A stretch of DNA of 64,000 nucleotides from Actinomycetota bacterium (GTDB lineage Bacteria > Actinomycetota > Acidimicrobiia > IMCC26256 > JACDBD01): the NCBI GenBank assembly GCA_052390575.1, contig JBQTGU010000050.1:262-64261 (forward strand). The letters are read 5' to 3'. Position numbers and translations under genes: made by a program. The notes beneath the pieces were generated by a model that was not told where the DNA came from, searched no databases, and saw only the letters and a list, made by a program, of their open reading frames with translations. Numbering within the stretch: position 1 is the stretch's first letter; every line of letters starts with the position of its first letter. This document shows positions 1-7,931 of the stretch, piece after piece.

Positions 1-565
1 CTTCGTGGGTTGGTTGCTTTCGAAGGAACCTACGCCCGTCGTCCATTTACACCAGGGACCGGAGTGCGCCCAGCGATCGGGAGGTGCCTATCGAGCAGTC
101 ATGACCTGATCGGAAGCTCGTCGTCGCCAGCCGGTGTGAGTCCGGTCCGGGTAGTTGCCAGGAAGCCCGGAAGCAGGCTGCCGGTGTCGGGGGGAAACGC
201 CCGGCGTCGAAGCGCAGCGTCGAAAGCCCTGTTGGGGGAGCGAATGAGCGGTCCGCAGCATCAAGCGAAGCCTGCCGCGCCGTTAGTGTGCCCGCCTTCG
301 GGCGGGGCGGAGGGAGAGCCGAGCCCGGTCCTTCGGGGCGAAGGCCATGGAAGTGGTGAAGATCCTGGATTGCAGCCACGAGGGACTCCCCGGCGTAGAG
401 GGCGTGGAACGTTCAGAAGGTGACGGCGGGAACTGGGGAGACCCTCCCCGGTCCGGCGGCTGCGGAGTCCGTCGGCGAAGTGTCGTCCTATAACCGGTGA
501 CGAGCCGGGAAGTGGGTGGCGCGCCGGGAGGGTGTCGGAGGCGGCCGTAGTACTGGTCGAGCCGG

Positions 566-1987
566 GTGGACAACACAACCCCCGGTGATGGGAAGGGCCG
601 CTGCTTCGTCCACGCGCGTGTGAAGGGGAAGGGCTGGCGAGTGCCCATCGTGGCTAGGACCGCCGATGACAAGTCCCAAGAACTGCAACGCGCGCTTTAC
701 CGGGCGGCCAAGGCCGAACCCGGACGACGGTTCCACGCGCTCTACGACAAGGTTCACCGCAGGGACGTCTTGGAGCGGGCGTGGGAGCAGGTGCTCCGCA
801 ATCGCGGTGCTGCCGGCATCGACCACATCACCCTGGCCGAAGTCGAGCGTCACGGGCATGCCCGGCTGCTCGACGAGTTGGCCTCGGACCTCAAGGACGG
901 GCGATATCGACCGCTGCCAGCGCGTCGGGTCTGGATCCCCAAGCCCGGCTCGACGGAGCGGCGACCGTTGTCCATCCCCGCGGTTCGAGACCGCATCGTG
1001 CAGGCGGCGGCGAAGATCGTCATCGAGCCGGTCTTCGAAGCCGACTTTCGGTCTGCAAGCTTCGGGTTTCGTCCCAAGCGAGCGGCCCACGATGCCCTGC
1101 AGGTCTTGCTCGATGAGTCCTTCAGGGGCAGGCGATGGGTGGTGGAAACGGACATCGCCGAGTGTTTCGAGGCGATTCCGTATGACTGGTTGATGATGGC
1201 GATCGAGGAACGGGTCTGTGACCGAAAGCTCCTCAAGTTGCTACGAGCGATGTTGCGCTCGGGCGTGCTGGAGGACGGGACGGTCAGGCACACGGTCACC
1301 GGCACCCCCCAGGGCGGGGTGATCTCCCCGCTGCTCTGCAACGTCTACCTGAACCGGCTCGACCGGGAATGGGAGATGCGCGGGAGTGGGGTGCTGGTCC
1401 GCTATGCCGATGACCTGGTGGTGATGTGCCGCACCCGGACGGAAGCCGAACGAGCGCTCGCCGCGCTCACGGCCATCCTCGCCGACTTGGGTCTCAAGCC
1501 CAAAGCGGCGAAGACTCGCATCGTGCACTTGGTGGAGGACGGCGAGGGGTTCGACTTTCTCGGCTTCCACCACCGTTTGGTGCGCGCCCGGGGTCGCCGG
1601 GGTGCCAAGCACATCGTCTTCCTCGCTCGCTGGCCCTCACGTCGAGCGACCCAGCACGCCCGCGATCGCATCCGTGAGCTCACGGCCCGGTCTCGGCTGC
1701 TGGTGCCCGTCGAACGAGTCGTGCAGGACGTGAATCGTTTCCTGCGCGGCTGGGCTGCGTATTTCCGTATCGGGAACTCGGCCCGCACGTTCGACAAGGT
1801 CATGACCTTCGCGGTCGACCGGCTCGCGCTGTTCGTGGCCAAGCTGCATCACCGCAGCCGCCGCTACGGGTGGTCCGTGTATCGCCGGTCACCGGACCGC
1901 ATGGGTCTGATCAACCTCAACGGAACCGTCGTCGCCCCCAGACCCAACCGGGCCTGGCGGGTTCTCGTTGCCGAACACCGCCGGTGA
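566..1987 (+). CDS. Group II intron reverse transcriptase/maturase; no obvious C-terminal HNH endonuclease domain
   Basis: The RT motifs are present, including the YADD catalytic box (VRYADDLVVMC) and GTPQGGVISPLLCNVYL. A maturase X-domain-like stretch (RFLRGWAAYFRIGNS) follows. The ORF sits between the intron 5' end and domain V. Confidence 0.9.
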   Translation: MDNTTPGDGKGRCFVHARVKGKGWRVPIVARTADDKSQELQRALYRAAKAEPGRRFHALYDKVHRRDVLERAWEQVLRNRGAAGIDHITLAEVERHGHARLLDELASDLKDGRYRPLPARRVWIPKPGSTERRPLSIPAVRDRIVQAAAKIVIEPVFEADFRSASFGFRPKRAAHDALQVLLDESFRGRRWVVETDIAECFEAIPYDWLMMAIEERVCDRKLLKLLRAMLRSGVLEDGTVRHTVTGTPQGGVISPLLCNVYLNRLDREWEMRGSGVLVRYADDLVVMCRTRTEAERALAALTAILADLGLKPKAAKTRIVHLVEDGEGFDFLGFHHRLVRARGRRGAKHIVFLARWPSRRATQHARDRIRELTARSRLLVPVERVVQDVNRFLRGWAAYFRIGNSARTFDKVMTFAVDRLALFVAKLHHRSRRYGWSVYRRSPDRMGLINLNGTVVAPRPNRAWRVLVAEHRR

Positions 1988-1998
1988 AGGACGTCGGT

Positions 1999-2031
1999 GA
2001 GCCGTGTGCGGGAGAACCGCACGCACGGTTC
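1999..2031 (+). ncRNA. Group II intron domain V (catalytic hairpin)
   Basis: GAGCCGUGUGCGGGAGAACCGCACGCACGGUUC has the AGC catalytic triad at nt 2-4. The lower stem is GAGCCGUG/CACGGUUC with a 2-nt bulge, and the upper stem is UGCGG/CCGCA. It lies 12 nt after the RT stop codon. Confidence 0.85.
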
Positions 2032-2250
2032 GAAGGGGGAGCGCTGGAAACGGAGCGAACACGATCCACGGTGACGGACCTGAGCCCCCGCACGGGAAAC
2101 CACGGGACCACGGCAGCCGTGCCTACCGATCATCGACGCCACCGCGCCAGCGCTCTACCCGACCGTAACTAGCTGACAGGCTCAGAACCCGACAAGAACC
2201 GGTTCCCTTACGCCCTTGGTGCTCTACGCAATGCGAAGGACTCACGAGCC

Positions 2251-2724
2251 GTGCCCGTTGTGTTGAGAAGCTCGACGGCGCTGAGCACATTTCCGAAGCA
2301 GGTCGCCGACTACTTCATGGCTGTAAGCCCTGTTGGGGACGAACTGGTCGCTTGCGCGATCACCGCGCTTGACGACGTTGCAACCGACTCCCATCATGCT
2401 CGAGACCTGCACCTGCTGCGTGCCCTCCGGCGAGAGAGGAAGGGCCGTGTAGAAGGAACAGCGATGGTTAGGACGGTCCTCGATGAAGCACGACCCGTAG
2501 GCGTGCGCGCTTTCGCTCTGTACGAAAGCTCACGGACCCATGCAGTTCAAATCGGCGAGCTCGGAGACATCGCGCTCGATGAGGATGAGGACATCCTCTT
2601 GCGTCGGGCGGCTATTGCCGGTCTGCGTGGACGACCGGATGCGGATGGGATGTCGTTAGTGCGTCATCCGAAAATTGCTGCGTCCCGTCTGCGTTGGGTT
2701 GCTGCATGGGCCGCAGCGAGCTGA
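2251..2724 (+). CDS. Hypothetical protein in a lower-GC patch next to the intron
   Basis: This is the only ORF of 60 aa or more on either strand between 2172 and 2731. Third-codon-position GC (GC3) is mixed, unlike the neighbouring genes. I recognise no motif. Confidence 0.3.
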   Translation: MPVVLRSSTALSTFPKQVADYFMAVSPVGDELVACAITALDDVATDSHHARDLHLLRALRRERKGRVEGTAMVRTVLDEARPVGVRAFALYESSRTHAVQIGELGDIALDEDEDILLRRAAIAGLRGRPDADGMSLVRHPKIAASRLRWVAAWAAAS

Positions 2725-2731
2725 GCCGCCG

Positions 2732-3811
2732 CTATCCGGTGATGACGCTGCGGATGACCTCGCCGGCCTCCATCGCCCGGAAGGCGTCGTTCACCTCGTC
2801 GAGCTTGATCCGGCGCGAGACCATCGCGCCGAGGTCGAGGCGGCCGGTCTCCACCAGGCTGATGAACCGGGGGAAGTCGCGGCGCACCTGCGCCGACCCG
2901 TACACGCAGCCCAGCAGCTTCTTCTCGTCGTAGAACATCGCGAAGCCCGGCAGCGTGACCTCCGAGTCCATGCGGGGCATCCCGACCACGACCGCGGTCC
3001 CGCCCCGCCGGGCGGTGGAGAACGCCTGCACGATGGTCTCGGGCCGGCCGATCACCTCGAAGGCGTAATCCGCGCCTCGGCCGCCGGTGAGTGCCTGCAC
3101 CTGGCTGACCGGGTCACCCGCACCCGGGTCGATCAGATCGGTCGCACCCTGCTGCTCGGCCGCCTTCCGCTTCAGCTCGACGGGGTCGATGGCGATGATG
3201 CGGGCCGCTCCGGCGATGCGGGCGCCCTGGATCACGGCCTGGCCCACTCCGCCGCAGCCGATCACGGCCACGGTCGAGCCGGGCTCGACCCGGGCGGTGT
3301 TCAACGCCGCGCCCACGCCGGTGGTCACCCCGCACCCGATCAGAGCCAGCTGCTCGTCGGGCACGTCGGTCTCGACCTTCACCGCCTGCGACTCCCGCAC
3401 GGTCATGACGTCGGCGAAGGTGCCCAGGCCGGTGAACCCGATGGCGGTGCTCCCGTCGGGCCGCGTCGCCCGGGGCAGCATCGCGGTCTCGGCCGTCCCC
3501 TCGCACAGGTTGGACTGGTCGTGCAGGCAGTACCAACACGTTCCGCAGGCGGGCACGAAGGTGGCGATGACGCGGTCGCCCGCCTTCAGATGGCTGACCT
3601 CGGCGCCCACCCAGTCGACGACGCCCGCACCCTCGTGGCCGAGGATGCACGGCGGCGGCATGGGGAGCGTGCCGTTGGTCGCCGACAAGTCGGAGTGGCA
3701 CACCCCGCTGGCGGCGATCTGCACGACGACGTCGCGGGACCCGGGCTCGAGCGGCTCGAGGTCCTCCACGACCAGCGGCTGGTCCTGCTCCACGTACACG
3801 GCTGCGCGCAT
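2732..3811 (-). CDS. Zinc-dependent alcohol dehydrogenase (MDR family)
   Basis: GVCHSDLS and GHEGAGVV zinc-ADH motifs and a GCGGVG NAD-binding motif. The start is moved to internal Met24 (MRAAVYVEQDQP); the track ORF extends to 3880. Confidence 0.85.
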   Translation of the reverse strand: MRAAVYVEQDQPLVVEDLEPLEPGSRDVVVQIAASGVCHSDLSATNGTLPMPPPCILGHEGAGVVDWVGAEVSHLKAGDRVIATFVPACGTCWYCLHDQSNLCEGTAETAMLPRATRPDGSTAIGFTGLGTFADVMTVRESQAVKVETDVPDEQLALIGCGVTTGVGAALNTARVEPGSTVAVIGCGGVGQAVIQGARIAGAARIIAIDPVELKRKAAEQQGATDLIDPGAGDPVSQVQALTGGRGADYAFEVIGRPETIVQAFSTARRGGTAVVVGMPRMDSEVTLPGFAMFYDEKKLLGCVYGSAQVRRDFPRFISLVETGRLDLGAMVSRRIKLDEVNDAFRAMEAGEVIRSVITG

Positions 3812-3870
3812 CGATGACTCCTCGGCCTGGGGTGCCGCGACGGTAGCCTCCCCCGTCGAGGAGGTGCGGC

Positions 3871-4866
3871 GTGCGGGCATGGCGAGTGCGCGAGCTGGGT
3901 GAGCCGGTCGACGTCCTCACCCTCGAGGACGTTCCCTCGCCGACGCCCGGTCCCGGCGAGGTGCGCCTCGACGTCGCCGCCGCGTCGCTGAACTTCCCCG
4001 ACGTGCTCCTGTGCCGGGGCGAGTACCAGGTGAAGCCGGAATTACCCTTCACCCCCGGCTCCGAGGTCGCGGGCACCATCACCGCCGTCGGCGAGGGCGT
4101 CGACACCGTGAAGGAAGGCGAGCGGGTCATCGGCATTCCCAAGTTCGGCGACGGCGGGCTGGCCGAGGAGACCCTGGCCGGGGCCGCGACCGTGTACCCG
4201 ATCCCCGACAGCCTCGACTGGCCGGCCGCGGCCGCCCTCCACATCACCTACCAGACCGGGCATCTGGCTCTGCACCGGCGCGCCGCGCTCCAACCGGGCG
4301 AGACCCTGCTCGTGCACGCCGGCGCCGGCGGCGTCGGATCGGCCGCCGTCCAGCTCGGCCGAGCTGCCGGCGCCCGCGTGTTCGCCACCGCCGGCGGGCC
4401 CGAGAAGGTGCAGGTGTGCCGCGACCTCGGGGCCGAGGTCGTCGTCGACTACCGCAGCGCTGACTTCGTGGCCGCGGTGAAGGACGCCACCGACGGCCGG
4501 GGCGCCGACGTCATCTACGACCCGGTCGGCGGCGACACCTTCGACCGATCGCGCAAGTGCGTGGCGTTCGAAGGTCGCATCCTCGTCATCGGCTTCACCG
4601 GCGGGCGCATCGCCGACGCTCCCACCAACCACGCCCTGGTCAAGAACTACGCCGTCGTGGGCGTCCACTGGGGCCTGTACAACCTCATGGAGCCGAAGCT
4701 CATCCGCGCGACCCACGACGAACTGATCCGGCTGCACGCCACCGGCGAGATCGCCCCGCTCGTCTCCCAGGTGCTGCCGCTCGAGGACGCACCCGAGGCG
4801 CTCGCCCGGCTGGCGAGCCGGGGCACCTGGGGCAAGGTCGTCTGCACCACCCGCTCTGCCGCGTGA
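3871..4866 (+). CDS. NADPH:quinone oxidoreductase / zeta-crystallin-like MDR
   Basis: N-terminus MRAWRVRELGEP, then AASLNFPDVLLCRGEYQ and the nucleotide motif HAGAGGVGSAAVQL. Confidence 0.8.
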   Translation: MRAWRVRELGEPVDVLTLEDVPSPTPGPGEVRLDVAAASLNFPDVLLCRGEYQVKPELPFTPGSEVAGTITAVGEGVDTVKEGERVIGIPKFGDGGLAEETLAGAATVYPIPDSLDWPAAAALHITYQTGHLALHRRAALQPGETLLVHAGAGGVGSAAVQLGRAAGARVFATAGGPEKVQVCRDLGAEVVVDYRSADFVAAVKDATDGRGADVIYDPVGGDTFDRSRKCVAFEGRILVIGFTGGRIADAPTNHALVKNYAVVGVHWGLYNLMEPKLIRATHDELIRLHATGEIAPLVSQVLPLEDAPEALARLASRGTWGKVVCTTRSAA

Positions 4867-5465
4867 CGACCACGCGCCTGTTTCTCGTCCGCCACGGCGA
4901 GTCCACCTGGAACGCCGACGGGCGGTGGCAGGGACACGCGGATGCGCCGTTGTCCGCCCTGGGCGAGCGCCAGGCCGAGGCCGCGGTCGCCGGGTTCAGC
5001 GAGGTGCCCGACGCGGTGTGGACCTCTGACCTGGCCCGCGCCGCCCGCACCGCCGAGCTGCTGGCCGCCGGGCTCGGCATGGCGCCCCCGCAGACCGACG
5101 CCCGGTTGCGGGAGCGGGACGTGGGGGAGTGGAGCGGGCTCACGCGCCCCGAGATCGAGGAGCGCTGGCCCGGCTATCTCGCCGAGCGACGCAGCCCGCC
5201 CGGATGGGAGGACGACGACCGACTGGCGCAACGCGCGCTCGCAGTGCTGCGCGACCTCGCCGGCGCCGCGCCGGGGACGACGATCGTGGTGGTCACGCAC
5301 GGCGGCGTGATCCGCACCATCGAGCGTCATCTCGGCGCGGAGCCCGAGCCCGTGCCCAACCTGAGCGGCCGGTGGCTGGCTGCCGACGACGACCTCACGC
5401 TGGGCGAGCGCCAGCTGCTGATCGATCCCGACGACATCGAGGTCACGGTCCCGCCGCCCCGTTGA
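4863..5465 (+). CDS. Histidine phosphatase family protein (phosphoglycerate-mutase-like)
   Basis: LVRHGESTWN (RHG catalytic motif) and VTHGGVIR. The GTG start overlaps the upstream stop codon (GTGA). Confidence 0.8.
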   Translation: MTTTRLFLVRHGESTWNADGRWQGHADAPLSALGERQAEAAVAGFSEVPDAVWTSDLARAARTAELLAAGLGMAPPQTDARLRERDVGEWSGLTRPEIEERWPGYLAERRSPPGWEDDDRLAQRALAVLRDLAGAAPGTTIVVVTHGGVIRTIERHLGAEPEPVPNLSGRWLAADDDLTLGERQLLIDPDDIEVTVPPPR

Positions 5466-5507
5466 GGTGAGCCGGTAGACTGACCGGTTCCCCCAACAGG
5501 AGCCCCC

Positions 5508-7931
5508 TTGCCCGACGAGGCCCCCGGCGCCGAACCCGGCGTTGCCCCCCACGACGAGCTCGAGGCGGAGCAGCGCTACCTCGACGCTGCCTACGACCGC
5601 CTCGACGAGATGCGGCAGGCCGCCCTGCGGGTCGCCGAGGGCTACGCCGACGTCCAGCGGGGCGGCACCCACCAGGCCCGACTCGAGCGCGATGCCGCCA
5701 CCGCGCTCACCCGCCGCCGGCTGGCCGCGCTCGACATCGGCGACAACCCGCTCTCGTTCGGCCGGCTCGACCTCGAGCGTGACGGCGACGGGGACGGGGA
5801 CGGGGACGACGGGCCGTACTACGTGGGCCGGCTCTCGGTCATGGACGCCGACCAGAACCCGCTCGTCATCGACTGGCGCGCCCCGGTGGCGGAGCCGTTC
5901 TACCGGGCGACGCCGGTCGAGCCCATGGGGGTCGCCCGCCGGCGTCACTTCCTCACCCGGGGCCGCGAGCTCGTCGGCATCGACGACGAGATCCTCGACG
6001 CCGACGCCACCGCCGAGGCCGGCTACACGATCGTCGGGGAGGGCGCCCTGCTCGCCGAGCTCGAGCGCGACCGCACCGGCCGCATGCGTGACATCGTCGC
6101 CACCATCCAGGCCGAGCAGGACGAGGCCATCCGTGCCGACCTGCCCGGTGTGCTGATCGTCGCCGGCGGCCCCGGCACCGGCAAGACCGCGGTTGCGCTG
6201 CACCGCGCCGCCTACCTCCTCTACACCCACCGCCGGCGCCTGGCGGCGCGTGGCGTGCTCCTCGTCGGGCCGAACCCGATCTTTCTCCACTACATCGACC
6301 AGGTCCTGCCGTCCCTCGGCGAGGACGAGGTCCAGCTGGCCACCCCGGCCGCGCTCAAGCCCCAGGTGGCGGTGCGGGCCGTCGACCGCGACTCGGTCGT
6401 GGCGGTCAAGGGGGATGCCCGGATGGCGGACGTGATCGAGCGTGCCCTCGCCGACCGCGAGCGCGGCCTGCCGCGCGACGTCGTGGTCACGCTCGACGGG
6501 CACCGGCTGCGCCTGCGGGCCCGCGACTCCGCCCGCATCGTGGAACGGGCCCGCCGGCGGCGGGGGAGCCACAACGAGCGCCGGCCCTCCGTCGCCCGTG
6601 CCGTGATCGACCACCTGCGCGACCAGTACCGCCGCTCGCTGGTCCAGGTCTACGAGCAGGGGGCCGAGGCGCGGCGCGCCGCACCACCCGCGCTCTTCGG
6701 GCTCGAGGACGACGACGACGCCGAAGTCGACCTCCCGGTGGCGGCTGCGCTGGCGCGGGGCGAACGGGCGCCGGACGAGTGGGAAGCGGAGCTCGCGGCC
6801 CGGATCCGCTCGCTGCCCGAGGTACGCGCAGCGCTCGAGCGGATGTGGCCGGTGCTCACCGGCGCCGAGCTCGTCCACGACCTCTTCAGCTTCGTCGCGC
6901 TCATCCGCTCCGCGGCCGACGGAACGCTGAGCCGGGCGGAGCAGGCGGGGCTCCACCGCCCGAGAGCCGGGAACATCCGCGAGGTCCCCTGGACCGCCGC
7001 CGACGTACCGCTGATCGACGAGGCCGACGCGTTGCTCGGCCCGGTCGAGGCGGCGCGGCCCAAGTCGCGGCGGCGACGGCGACGCACCGCGGAGGAGGCG
7101 GAGCAGCTCGCGGCCGCGACCCGCGTCGTCGAGGAGCTCGGCCTCGGCGCGTACACGACCGCCGCCGAAGTCGCTCAGCGCTACGCGGGAGCGCCCGCGG
7201 CCAACGGCGACGACGGGACCGGCGAGCTGCGCACGTACGGCCACGTCCTCGTCGACGAAGCCCAGGACTTGACCGCGATGCAGTGGCGGATGCTGGAGCG
7301 GCGCTGCCCGTCGGGTTCGATGACGCTGGTGGGTGACCCCGGCCAGTCCAGCCAGCCGGGCGCGGTCGCCGACTGGGACACGGTCCTGACCCACCTCCCC
7401 GGACACCAGGCCCCGCGGCGGGTCACCCTCAGCGTGAATTACCGCACCCCGGCCGAGATCATGGCCGTCGCCGACCGGGTGCTCGCCGCCGCGGCCGCGG
7501 CGGTGGAGCCGGTGCGGTCGGTGCGGTCGACCGGCGACCGGCCCCGGTTCGAACCGGTGAGTGAGGGCGCGCTCGCAAGCGCCGCCGCCACCGCGGCGCG
7601 ACGTGCGAGCGCGGCCGGCGGAACGGTGGCGGTGGTCGCGCCCCCCGACCGGCACGGGGAGCTGGTGGACGCGCTGGGTGACCTCGGCGCGGCGGCCGGG
7701 ACCGCCGAGGCACTCGACTCGCCGGTCGCGGTCTTCACGCCGGTGGAGGTCAAGGGGCTCGAGTTCGACCATGTCGTCGTGGTCGAGCCCGCCGCCCTCG
7801 TCGCGCCGGACCCCGCCGGCCTCCGATTGCTCTACGTCACGCTGACCCGGGCGACGCGGACGCTCACGGTGGTTCACGCCCAGGCATTGCCGGAAGCGTT
7901 GGAACCCGTGTCCACCCAGGAGAGCCGATGA
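5508..7931 (+). CDS. helD: HelD-like UvrD-family helicase (RNA polymerase recycling ATPase)
   Basis: The N-terminal coiled-coil region is followed by YVGRLSVMDADQNPLVIDWRAPVAEPFY. Walker A is GGPGTGKT. VLVDEAQDLT and a C-terminal GLEFDHVVVVEP are present. An AGGAG Shine-Dalgarno (SD) sequence lies 6 nt upstream of the TTG start. Confidence 0.8.
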   Translation: MPDEAPGAEPGVAPHDELEAEQRYLDAAYDRLDEMRQAALRVAEGYADVQRGGTHQARLERDAATALTRRRLAALDIGDNPLSFGRLDLERDGDGDGDGDDGPYYVGRLSVMDADQNPLVIDWRAPVAEPFYRATPVEPMGVARRRHFLTRGRELVGIDDEILDADATAEAGYTIVGEGALLAELERDRTGRMRDIVATIQAEQDEAIRADLPGVLIVAGGPGTGKTAVALHRAAYLLYTHRRRLAARGVLLVGPNPIFLHYIDQVLPSLGEDEVQLATPAALKPQVAVRAVDRDSVVAVKGDARMADVIERALADRERGLPRDVVVTLDGHRLRLRARDSARIVERARRRRGSHNERRPSVARAVIDHLRDQYRRSLVQVYEQGAEARRAAPPALFGLEDDDDAEVDLPVAAALARGERAPDEWEAELAARIRSLPEVRAALERMWPVLTGAELVHDLFSFVALIRSAADGTLSRAEQAGLHRPRAGNIREVPWTAADVPLIDEADALLGPVEAARPKSRRRRRRTAEEAEQLAAATRVVEELGLGAYTTAAEVAQRYAGAPAANGDDGTGELRTYGHVLVDEAQDLTAMQWRMLERRCPSGSMTLVGDPGQSSQPGAVADWDTVLTHLPGHQAPRRVTLSVNYRTPAEIMAVADRVLAAAAAAVEPVRSVRSTGDRPRFEPVSEGALASAAATAARRASAAGGTVAVVAPPDRHGELVDALGDLGAAAGTAEALDSPVAVFTPVEVKGLEFDHVVVVEPAALVAPDPAGLRLLYVTLTRATRTLTVVHAQALPEALEPVSTQESR

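Larger units (their letters stand above)
64..2093 (+). mobile_element. Bacterial group II intron (ribozyme plus intron-encoded RT/maturase). The 5' end is well supported. The 3' end is uncertain, with candidates at about 2062, 2093 and 2126.
   Basis: The intron starts with GTGCGCCCAG at 64, the canonical GUGYG 5' end; as I recall, the first 10 nt are the same as in Ll.LtrB. The RT/maturase ORF lies in domain IV. A textbook domain V follows at 1999-2031. Candidate 3' ends finish in CAC (2062, 2093) or CUAC (2126). Confidence 0.85.

Noticed and set aside
10-1090. Several ORFs of 100-200 aa (10..423, 47..379, 261..578, 283..672, 488..1090) upstream of and overlapping the RT gene.
   Set aside because: They fall within ribozyme domains I-III of the group II intron or antisense to the RT. 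They have no coding signatures.
2140-2186. On the minus strand, CAGCTAGTTACGGTCGGGTAGAGCGC resembles a tRNA D-arm (UAGCUCAGUUGGUAGAGCGC). It is bracketed by a 7-nt complement, CTGAGCC and GGCTCAG, 92 nt apart.
   Set aside because: No cloverleaf can be drawn: the D-stem does not pair, there is no T-arm GTTCGAATC-like sequence, there is no anticodon stem, and the 106-nt span is too long. It is also not tRNA-Sec, because there is no UCA anticodon loop. It is probably chance similarity, or at most a decayed fragment.
5466-5507. I searched upstream of helD for a rifamycin-associated inverted-repeat element, as reported upstream of some helR, rph and arr genes.
   Set aside because: Only a weak CCGGT-N6-ACCGG repeat is present. 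I also cannot recall the exact consensus well enough to claim either a match or an absence.
4647-7877. 1076-aa ORF on the minus strand, the longest ORF in the track.
   Set aside because: It lies entirely antisense to the motif-rich HelD and histidine-phosphatase genes. Its product is Arg/Gly/Pro/Ala-rich and low in complexity, with no motifs. This is the typical shadow ORF of a ~70% GC genome.
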